Assembly (NCBI GenBank): GCA_963842945.1
Contig: CAWJIM010000024.1
Coordinates: 320,001-384,000 of the forward strand
Length of the DNA: 64,000 nt
Source of the DNA: an uncultured Gemmatimonadales bacterium
GTDB lineage: Bacteria > Gemmatimonadota > Gemmatimonadetes > Gemmatimonadales > GWC2-71-9
Direction: 5' to 3'
How positions within the stretch are numbered: position 1 is the first letter of the stretch; every line of letters starts with the position of its first letter. The notes beneath the pieces were generated by a model. That model was not told the origin of the DNA, made no database searches, and saw only the letters and a list, made by a program, of their open reading frames with translations. The position numbers were made by a program, and so were the translations under genes. Shown here piece by piece: positions 55,909-64,000 of this stretch.

Positions 55909-55965
55909 CCCGAGTTTTCGCTTGCGCCGGAAGGGTAAGACTGGGCAGACCGAGAGTCGGTGTGG

Positions 55966-57337
55966 CTAGATCCTCGGGGGTGCTGCCAGCTCGAGCGCAC
56001 GGTCGAGCACGTCCAGTGCAAAGTCGACGTCCTCCGCGGTAATGCAGAGTGGTGGCTTAATGCGGAGCACGTTGCCGTCCAGACCACCCTTGCCCAGCAG
56101 GACTCCCATCCCCCGGGCAGCCTCCAGAACCTCGAGCGTCGGGCCCGAAGCAGGAGCGCCGGTAGCAGGGTCGGCCAGCTCTACCCCAAGCATGAGTCCC
56201 AGCCCTCGAACGTGACGCACCAGACGGTGCTGCTCTCGCAGGCGGTGCAGACCTTCGAGGAACCGGCCGCCCACAACGCGCGCGTTCTCCTGCAGGTTCT
56301 CATCATCGATGACATCGAGCACCGCGAGACCCGCGGCCATGGACACGGGGTTGCCGCCGAACGTATTGAAGTGGGTTCTCCGGGTCAGGGCCTCGGCGAT
56401 CTCCCGTCGGGTGGTTACCGCGGCCAGCGGCATTCCGTTGCCGATGCTCTTGGCCATAGTCACGATGTCGGGTATCACGCCATAGTTCTGGAATCCCCAG
56501 TAGTGCTCGCCGGTCCGGCCAAATCCGGTTTGTACCTCGTCGGCAATACACAGCCCACCGTACTCGCGGGCTATCGCGTAGGCCTCGCGGAAGTAGTTGG
56601 GTGCTCCGCGGGTTACTCCGCCCAGGCCCTGTATCGGCTCGGCGATGTACGCCGCGATGGCACCCGGCGTGGAGAACCGGATCAGCTCCCGGATATCCGC
56701 CGCCGCTCTGGAGGCGATCTCCTCCGGTGTGCCGGTGAGCATCTGGCTCGAGGGATCGGGCGAGAGAGCATGATGTACCGCAGCCGGCCCGGGAACGGGA
56801 TACTTCCAGGTGTGATGTGAGGTCATTCCCAGCGAGCTGGGCGAGCCGCCATGATAGGCATTCCGGACCGCGATCACATCGAGGTTCCCGGTGTAAAGCC
56901 GCGCCATCGTCACGGCCAGGTCGTTCGCTTCACTCCCGCTGTTGACGAAGTAGGTCACATCCAGGCCCGGGCGGCATCTTCGAGGCGAGCTTCTGCGCCA
57001 GGAGCGGAAGGTTGGGGTGCAAATAGATGGTGGTGGCGTGCTGCAGGGCATTCATCTGCTCCTGCATTCGGCGTAACACCTGGGGATGACAGTGGCCGCA
57101 CGAGACGGTGACGATGCCCGCGAAGAGATCGAGATATCGCCGGCCGGTTTCGTCGAAGACGTACTGCATCTTGCCTTCGACAATCATCAGCGGATCGCGG
57201 TAGAGCGTGAATACGGCGGGGCTGACGTACTCCCGCCGGAGGGCCAGCACCTCCTCGCGAGAAGGCCCGGTGTATGGCTGGGGGGTATAGTCGAACGCCG
57301 GCATTGCCAACGGCCGGGTGATCACGTCGGTGGCCAT
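55966..57337 (-). CDS. AGXT2-like class III aminotransferase (beta-alanine/alanine-glyoxylate), frameshift near 56970
   Basis: YLDLFAGIVTV, NSGSEAND, AYHG, EPIQG, DEVQTGFGR, MAKSIGNG, NTFGGNP. Confidence 0.9.
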
Positions 57338-57354
57338 CGTATCGATCCTGAGGT

Positions 57355-58834
57355 TTAGGCGGTCCACCTGGTGGTAGTCTTCTTGGACCGGGTCCAGAAC
57401 TCGATGGAGCCGTGGCCGGTGATGTCACCGGCACCGAACTTGGATTCGTTCCAACCGCCGAAAGAAAATGGCTCCCGGGGCACCGGTACACCAACGTTGA
57501 TCCCGATCATTCCGGCGGAGGCTCGCTCTGCCACCAGACGGGCCAGCGCCGCCATGTTCGGTGAAAACCGATGCGGCATTTCCGTAGGGAGACGCGTTCT
57601 CGATAGCGAGCGCCTGGTCGAGGTCCGGGGTGCGAACGATCGCCAGCACCGGCCCGAAGATTTCTTCCTGGGCAATGGTCATGTCCGGGCGCACCCGATC
57701 CAGAATGGTCGGGCCGATCCAGAAGCCACCGTCCCTCCCCGGCACGCTGGGGTAACGTCCGTCGAGCAGCAGGGTGGCCCCGGCCGAAACTGCTTCGTCC
57801 ACGGCGCGGCGGATGCGGTCGCGGGCCTCACCGGAAATCACCGGGCCGATATCCCGGCCGGGCACCAGGGTGCGGGCCTGCTCGATCAGGCGTCCGATGA
57901 TGTGCTCCGTTCCCCCCACCGCCAGCATCACCGATCCCGCCATGCATCGCTGGCCGGAACATCCCGACATCGAGGCCAGCACGCTGCCGGCAGCCATGTC
58001 GGGATTGGCGTCGGGAAGCACGAAGAGGTGATTCTTGGCGCCCCCCAGCGCCAAAGCACGCTTCAGGCTGGCGGTGGCCCGGCGATATACCAGCTTGGCA
58101 ACCCGAGTCGAGCCCACAAAGCTCACGGCCGCTATGCCGGGGTGGTCACAGATCCCTTCCACCACTTCCTGACCGCCGTGAATGACGTTGAACACGCCCG
58201 GTGGAAGCCCAGCTTCGGTGAGCAGCTCCGCAAGGCGCTGCGCACTGAGGGGGACCTGTTCCGAAGGCTTGAGCACAAGGCAGTTGCCCAGCGCAATCGC
58301 GTTGGGGATGGTCCAGTTGGGCACCATGCTGGGGAAGTTGAACGGAGCGATCGAAGCCACGACGCCGATCGGATGCCGGTCCATCCGGCATTCCACCCCG
58401 CGGCTCACCTCCAGCACCTCGCCGGTGGCAATCTCGGGAAGGGAGCAGGCGAACTCGGTCAACTCGATCGCCTTGGCTATCTCGGCCTCCGCCTCGCTCT
58501 GAATCTTTCCGTGTTCTTCAGAGATCAGGCCGGCCAGCTCACCCAGGTTCTGTTCCAGTAAGCTGCGATAGCGAAAGAAGATCTGCACCCGCTCCTTGAT
58601 GGGGGTAGTGCTCCATGCGGGAAACGCTGCTGCCGCTGCGTCGACCGCCGCCGTCAGGTCAGACGTGGACGAGAGTGGGACATGGGAAAGGAGGCTCCCG
58701 TCACTCGGGTTCAGCACCTCGAGCTCGCTCCGTGCGGTGCTCGACGTGAACCTGCCGCCGACAAAATTGCGGACGGCCGGATATCTGGTGCGGGGCACGA
58801 GGGGAGCAGAAGCTCGGGGGGCACTCGAAGTCAT
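57355..58834 (-). CDS. mmsA: CoA-acylating (methyl)malonate-semialdehyde dehydrogenase, C-terminal frameshift
   Basis: APFNFP, LKPSE, FVGST, GGAKNH, GQRCMA, EEIFGP, GINVGVPVP, FGGW. Confidence 0.9.
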
Positions 58835-58881
58835 GGGTCTCCAAAGCAGAACGTTCCATAGTATACATCGCCGAGAGGCAC

Positions 58882-58910
58882 TTGATTTTCGGGATTTGTT
58901 CGGGTACTAT
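58882..58910 (+). promoter_or_regulatory. Sigma70 promoter of the radical SAM gene with a direct repeat in the spacer
   Basis: TTGATT-17 nt-TACTAT; TTCGGG repeated at an 11-nt period. Confidence 0.6.
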
Positions 58911-58933
58911 GTCCTCCGATGATGGAGGAGCAC

Positions 58934-60181
58934 ATGAATCTCGAACAAAAGCTGGACCTCCTGATGTCCCTGGCAGCAGACGACCGGGAAGGCCTGCCCC
59001 CGCGGCTTCAGCACGCCAAAGATGTTGGAGCGCTTCGCCCGCTCAATATCCGACATTTGCGCCCCCTGCCCGGCACCAGGATGTCGCTGCTTCGCATTCT
59101 CATGACCAACGCGTGCAGCTACAACTGTCACTATTGCCCCATGCGGCGAGACCGGCCAATGCCGCGCACACTGCTGAAGCCGGAAGAGCTGGTGCGCATT
59201 TTCCTGGCAGCGCACCAGCGCGGATGGTGCGAAGGGCTCTTCATTACCACCGGCATTCCCGGGCGGCCGGTCAAGATCATGGACGATCTCATTCAGGTGC
59301 TGGAGCTGCTGCGCGAGCGCCACCGCTTCGCCGGATATATCCACGTGAAGCTGGTAGCCGGAGGAGAAACCGACCAGATCGACCGGCTCACCTCATTGGC
59401 CAGCCGCATTTCGCTGAACTTTGAAGCGCCCTGTGGCAGCAGTCTGATGCAGATCGCGCCGGAAAAGAACTTCGCCACAACTCTGCACAACTTCGAGCGG
59501 GTCAAACAGCTGATCGTGCGAGAGCGAGAGGCACAGTCGTACGGCAAGCCGAAAGACCCGCTGCATCCGGGCGGCACGGCGGGAATGACAATTCAGTTCG
59601 TGGTTGGGGCTACCACCGATACCGATCAGACCCTGCTTAACACCATCAGCGGCCTACGCGTCGGCGGGGGCCTCCACCATCCGCACTTCAGCGCCTTTCG
59701 ACCAATCAGCGACACTCCTCTGGAAAACGCCCGGGCCGCACCGGCGCTCCGGGAGCATCGGCTCTACCAGGCCGCGTACCTGATGCGCGACTACGGGTTC
59801 GCGCCTGACGACGTGGTGTACGCCGAAAACGGCAATCTCCCACTGGCTCAGGATCCGAAAACCGCCTGGGCCCTGCAGCATCCCGAGGCATTCCCGGTCG
59901 AAGTGACCACGGCGTCGCCCGAAGCGCTGCTCCGGGTGCCCGGCATCGGTCCTACTGCGGCTCGCCGTATCGTTGCGGAAAGGACCAGGGTGTCATTCAG
60001 GGATTTGCGAGATCTTCGGAGGCTGGGCGTGGTCACCACCCGGGCGGGCGGGTTTCTCACCCTGCGGGGACGGCGGCTGCAGTCGGTTCGCTGGAGCGAG
60101 CAGCTGGGGTTCTGGGCCCCCGAAGAGGATGTCGGGAGCCCTCACATTGTGTATCAGGTCAGTCCCGGCACGTTCCGCTAA
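58934..60181 (+). CDS. Putative DNA modification/repair radical SAM protein with C-terminal HhH
   Basis: GGAGGAG RBS; LLRILMTNACSYNCHYC, GYIHVK, FSAF.P, REHRLYQA.YLMRDYGF, LLRVPGIG. Confidence 0.9.
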   Translation: MNLEQKLDLLMSLAADDREGLPPRLQHAKDVGALRPLNIRHLRPLPGTRMSLLRILMTNACSYNCHYCPMRRDRPMPRTLLKPEELVRIFLAAHQRGWCEGLFITTGIPGRPVKIMDDLIQVLELLRERHRFAGYIHVKLVAGGETDQIDRLTSLASRISLNFEAPCGSSLMQIAPEKNFATTLHNFERVKQLIVREREAQSYGKPKDPLHPGGTAGMTIQFVVGATTDTDQTLLNTISGLRVGGGLHHPHFSAFRPISDTPLENARAAPALREHRLYQAAYLMRDYGFAPDDVVYAENGNLPLAQDPKTAWALQHPEAFPVEVTTASPEALLRVPGIGPTAARRIVAERTRVSFRDLRDLRRLGVVTTRAGGFLTLRGRRLQSVRWSEQLGFWAPEEDVGSPHIVYQVSPGTFR

Positions 60182-60184
60182 GGG

Positions 60185-60472
60185 TCAGCCGGATTGACCG
60201 GCCGGGGCCTGCTGCCACCGGCGCAGCTTGGGGATCTCCCGGGTAAACCGGCGAGCCACAAGGCTGGGCAGGTGCATCTCGCGGAGCTTTCCCTCTACCC
60301 TGGCCATCATTTCGTTCACCGACATGTTGGGCTCGGTGAACTTGCCCTTCTGAAGACAGTGGCTGCAGTACTCGGTGCTCCGCGTCCCGTCGGCATTGGT
60401 GCCTCCACCTGCCGGATCCCGGTTGAGCGGCATGCCGCAGCTCTGGCAAAACGGCCCTTGAGGACCGAGCAT
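60185..60472 (-). CDS. Zinc-ribbon domain protein (Zn_ribbon_2-like)
   Basis: FCQSCGMPL..GTNADG..EYCSHC..F..LRRW. Confidence 0.85.
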   Translation of the reverse strand: MLGPQGPFCQSCGMPLNRDPAGGGTNADGTRSTEYCSHCLQKGKFTEPNMSVNEMMARVEGKLREMHLPSLVARRFTREIPKLRRWQQAPAGQSG

Positions 60473-60701
60473 ACGAACCCTCTCCCCTGCTGGTCACGCT
60501 CCCGCGGCGTTCGCGGCGGGTAGTCCAATGGAAATTATCGATTGGTCTCCGCTGCCGTTAGACCTGACTCTTTGGCCGAGGCCAGGGCCGAGGAGACCGC
60601 CATGCAAAGTTGAGTTGCAACGCTTTGGCTGAACTCTCCATCCAAGCTCGCAATCACCGGTGCCGCGGGCACCCGGAATGCCACACCTCGAGAGCCAAGC
60701 C

Positions 60702-61976
60702 ATGCAGAGAACTAACCTTGTCGCCAGTGTCGCGGCCCTTTTCCTGCTCGGGTCTACGGCGACTCCCATGCGGGCCCAGGGACATCACTCGGATTACGAT
60801 GAAGTCGACCCCTGGACCGGCTTCGAATCTCCCCGGCCGGCAGCCGATTCCCTGGCCGTAGCTCAATTTCTGAACGGTCTATCCCGCAGCGACCCCCTCA
60901 TCTGTCAGTTCGCGGTGAACTCGATCGGCAATCACTGGGGCCCCGGCGATCGGGATCAGCAAATCGGTGTGCTGGCCGGTGAATCCCGGATGGTTCGGGA
61001 ACGGGACGCGCTGGCCCGCTCCATCATCGACCCCGGCGCCTTGACACTCCTGGCCGAAGGCCTGGCCGACTCCCACGCGTGCGTGCGCCGCGCGGCAGCC
61101 CGGCTACTGGGGTCGAGCGAGAGCGCAGACGCCGTGCGCCGGCTCAAGGTGGCCCTGCAGGCCTCCAGTGCACAGGTGCGGGAGGCGGCAGCGTTGGGGC
61201 TGGCCGACGCGGAGGATCCCGCCACCCTGCACGACCTGACGAAAGCACTGAAGGATCGGGATCAATCGGTGATTCGGATGGCGGCGTATGCCCTGGGCGA
61301 GCTGGAGGATGCCCGCGCAGTCAAGCCGCTGGGTGACCTGTTGGGATCCAAGGACCCGGCAACCAGAGCCACGGCCGCCTGGGCGTTGGGTCAGATTGAG
61401 GACATCCGCTCGGCGCAACGACTCGCGTCGCTGGTCAAGGACGAGAGCCCGGAGGTGCGGCTGGCAGCCGTGGAGGCACTGGGGGAGATAGAAGACTATC
61501 GGGGGACCGGAGCTCTCATCGACGCCCTGAAAGATTCGGATGTGCGAGTACGCCGGGCCGCCGCCGAGGCCCTGGGAGATGTAGAAGACCAGAAGGCAGC
61601 GGGCGCCCTGGAGAGCGCGCTACAGGACAAGGACCCGGTCGTGCGCCGGCTCGCCGCTCAATCCCTGGGCGAGCTCGACGGCCTCAAGCGGGCGCCGAGC
61701 CGGCTGGTCGGCGCTCTGACGGACCAGGACCAGCAGCTGGCGATTATCGCGGCCCAGTCCCTCGGGGAAATTGGAGACACCACCGTCGTGCCGGCGCTCA
61801 GCGCGGCCTACCGCAGCGAGAACCCGCGCCTCCGGTTCTCGGTGGTTTCGGCCCTGGCCGACCTGGACGATGAGCGCGCCAACGCGGTGCTGGGACAGGC
61901 CCGGAAAGACCCCGACCAGATTGTTCGCCACAAGGCATCCGAGGTCCTGCGGGACCGGGAGGATGATGACGACTAA
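60702..61976 (+). CDS. Secreted HEAT-repeat protein
   Basis: Signal peptide MQRTNLVASVAALFLLG..MRA-Q; about 10 L-x-D-x-x-x-x-VR-x-AA-x-ALG repeats. Confidence 0.88.
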   Translation: MQRTNLVASVAALFLLGSTATPMRAQGHHSDYDEVDPWTGFESPRPAADSLAVAQFLNGLSRSDPLICQFAVNSIGNHWGPGDRDQQIGVLAGESRMVRERDALARSIIDPGALTLLAEGLADSHACVRRAAARLLGSSESADAVRRLKVALQASSAQVREAAALGLADAEDPATLHDLTKALKDRDQSVIRMAAYALGELEDARAVKPLGDLLGSKDPATRATAAWALGQIEDIRSAQRLASLVKDESPEVRLAAVEALGEIEDYRGTGALIDALKDSDVRVRRAAAEALGDVEDQKAAGALESALQDKDPVVRRLAAQSLGELDGLKRAPSRLVGALTDQDQQLAIIAAQSLGEIGDTTVVPALSAAYRSENPRLRFSVVSALADLDDERANAVLGQARKDPDQIVRHKASEVLRDREDDDD

Positions 61977-62073
61977 GTGAGTCCCGCGGGCCCGGGGTCA
62001 TGGATTCCAGCTCACCGTCCGATACTGGTGATGCGAAGTCCCCATCCCCCAGGCCTTAGATCCAGAGAGCGGT

Positions 62074-63570
62074 ATGCGAGTTCGCGGACTCACCACTGCC
62101 CTGCTGTTCCTGACCGCCCCGGCCACCATGGTAGCCCAGGCAGCAGGATCCTTTGAACTAACCGGTTTCGGCCGCTACACCCGCTACGACAGCACCCTTG
62201 CCATGCAGGAAGGGGCCAGCGGAGGTGGATCGCTCGGCTTCTATCCGATTCGAAATCTCGCCATCGAGGCCGAGGGAGCCTACACCAAGTCCCACAGCAC
62301 CGTCACCGGGATCGGCATCACCAATATCCCGCTTCGGGGCCGGCTTACCTATCATATCCCGCTCGGCGGCTTCTCCTCGGCCCTTCGGGTCGGGGCTGGT
62401 TACGTCCACAACCTGTACCGCGATGGGGTCAGCTTCGACGATCCAGGTTTCACCGGGGTGCTCGGTCTCCGCTGGGGACTCAGCCCGAGCTTTGGCTTCA
62501 AGGTTGACGGCACCGCCGATTACATCAGAAACCCCGATGCCGACCGGACCGGCGAGTACATCAATTGGGGTGCCCAGGTCGGGTTGACCCTGCGCGTTGG
62601 AGGCAAGTCGAGAGGTCCCAAGGATCGCGACACGGATGGAGTGGCGGATCTCAAGGACAGCTGCCCCAACACGGTGCCGGGCAAGGCGGTGGATGCGTAC
62701 GGCTGCGCCTCGAACCAGAAGGATGCGGACCGGGACGCGGTGAACGACGAGATGGATCGCTGTCCCGATACCAGCGCCGGCGAACCGGTCGACCCCAGCG
62801 GTTGTGCCGCGAGCCAGAAGGACGACGATAAGGACGGGGTGTCAGACCTGGTCGACCAGTGCGCGAATACATCAGCAGGCGAGACCGCCAATAGCAGCGG
62901 CTGCGCGCCCAGCCAGCGGGACAACGATCAGGACGGCGTCTCCGACGCGATCGACCAGTGCCCCAATACTCCTGCCGGCGACGCGGTCAACTCCCGCGGC
63001 TGCTTCATGGAGCGGGATACCGATGGGGACAACGTTCCGGACGGTAGGGATCGCTGCCCCAACACACCGTCAGGAGTAACGGCGGACGCAAACGGCTGTA
63101 CCATCGTGATTGCCGATGAGCGGGACACCGACGCCGACGGCGTGCCCAACAGCCGGGATCGCTGCCCCGACACACCCAAGGCCGACGCCGCCGACGCGAA
63201 CGGGTGCACCATCCTGTTCCACAAGGGCACCCGGAGTGTCATTCTCCGGGGAGTGACCTTCCTGCCCGGTCGGGCGACGCTCACGCCAGAGGCGCGGGAG
63301 ATCCTCCGCGACGTGGCCGGCCAACTGGTGGAGAATCCGCAGTACAAGGTTCAGGTGTCGGGTCACACGGACATTCGGGGCACTCGAGCCCGGAACCTGC
63401 GGCTGTCGCTGGCGCGGGCCCGTACGGTGGAAACATTCCTGGAGGCCAACGGCGTGCCGCCGACTCGGGTTACCGCGAAGGGCTTTGGTCCGGATGTGCC
63501 GATCGCGTCGAACAAGACGGCAGCCGGCAGAGCCAAGAACCGGCGAGTGGAGCTGAATCGGACCAACTGA
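62074..63570 (+). CDS. OmpA family protein: beta-barrel, six thrombospondin type 3 repeats, OmpA_C domain
   Basis: D-x-D-x-D-G-V..D-x-C-P-x-T six times; GHTD, N..LS..RA, NRRVE. Confidence 0.92.
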   Translation: MRVRGLTTALLFLTAPATMVAQAAGSFELTGFGRYTRYDSTLAMQEGASGGGSLGFYPIRNLAIEAEGAYTKSHSTVTGIGITNIPLRGRLTYHIPLGGFSSALRVGAGYVHNLYRDGVSFDDPGFTGVLGLRWGLSPSFGFKVDGTADYIRNPDADRTGEYINWGAQVGLTLRVGGKSRGPKDRDTDGVADLKDSCPNTVPGKAVDAYGCASNQKDADRDAVNDEMDRCPDTSAGEPVDPSGCAASQKDDDKDGVSDLVDQCANTSAGETANSSGCAPSQRDNDQDGVSDAIDQCPNTPAGDAVNSRGCFMERDTDGDNVPDGRDRCPNTPSGVTADANGCTIVIADERDTDADGVPNSRDRCPDTPKADAADANGCTILFHKGTRSVILRGVTFLPGRATLTPEAREILRDVAGQLVENPQYKVQVSGHTDIRGTRARNLRLSLARARTVETFLEANGVPPTRVTAKGFGPDVPIASNKTAAGRAKNRRVELNRTN

Positions 63571-63586
63571 TCTTCACAACTGATTC

Positions 63587-63640
63587 ACCATAGAGGCGCA
63601 GAGGACACAGGCAGACCCATCTGTGTCCTTTGTGTTTGCG
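63587..63640. repeat. REP-like intergenic hairpin
   Basis: GCAGAGGACACAG / CTGTGTCCTTTGT imperfect inverted repeat. Confidence 0.45.
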
Positions 63641-63734
63641 GCTATCCGACTCGGCAGCTGGACCGTACAATAGGTGAAGCTCCTCACCACATCCCGTTGC
63701 CGGATACCCGCCACGCCTAGCCGGAGATCCCGCC

Positions 63735-64000
63735 ATGAGACGCAAAGGCGGGAGCGCGGTCCCGTACACGCTCGCACTTGGGCGCCGTCAGCATCCTCTA
63801 CCTCGATCACCCGACCTTCCAACAAGCCGCAGCCGGTGCCGCTCCCGCCGAACCTGTCGCGGGTCCTGGCAGCGAGTGGTCCATCGTGCCCCCTCTCAGT
63901 GGGAAAACAGGTCAAGGCGGTCAACGCTTTTCGTGAGATGATGCCGGTCTTTCGCCACCCGCGCTGCATCAACTGCCATGGCGCGTTCGACATCGCGTCG
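63735..64000 (+). CDS. N-terminus of a c-type cytochrome (HPRCxNCH family), frameshifted and 3' truncated
   Basis: Hydrophobic leader, then AFREMMPVFRHPRCINCHG with a CxxCH motif. Confidence 0.65.

Noticed and set aside
62620..63210. Regularly spaced repeats resembling a CRISPR array
   Set aside because: They are degenerate in-frame TSP3 repeats within ompA; no identical repeats and no cas genes.

Overview
High-GC bacterial chromosomal segment. Gene content (Big_1 Ig-like lipoprotein arrays, a BTAD-ATPase, TM-Ser/Thr kinase, secreted HEAT protein) suggests Gemmatimonadota; this is inference only. Many genes are split by single-base indels, most likely long-read assembly errors, so they are reported as reconstructed CDSs with approximate ends. 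Contents in order: the end of a divergent chaperone-usher-like pilus operon, FKBP, tRNA-Pro(GGG), a possible ssDNA-annealing-like protein, an EamA/MocR pair, MFS, MltD, a BTAD-ATPase, an unannotated 46-aa zinc-ribbon ORF before mgtC, and tRNA-Thr(CGT) with tRNA-Leu(GAG). Next come four paralogous Ig-domain lipoproteins and a ~16 kb catabolic locus of unknown substrate (ABC import, GHMP kinase, heparinase II/III-like lyase, aminotransferase, two amidohydrolases, DHDPS-like, DHODH-like, OSBS/NAAAR, GH38), followed by peptidases. A five-gene operon then joins a membrane Ser/Thr kinase, two NTT/TLC-like nucleotide transporters, a lipoprotein metallophosphoesterase and an Omp85 barrel with an exported atypical kinase-like domain; this is the best candidate for an undescribed system. 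The window ends with an AGXT2-like/mmsA pair, a DNA-repair-type radical SAM gene, a HEAT protein, OmpA-TSP3 and the start of a c-type cytochrome. No CRISPR, integrase or transposase was seen.
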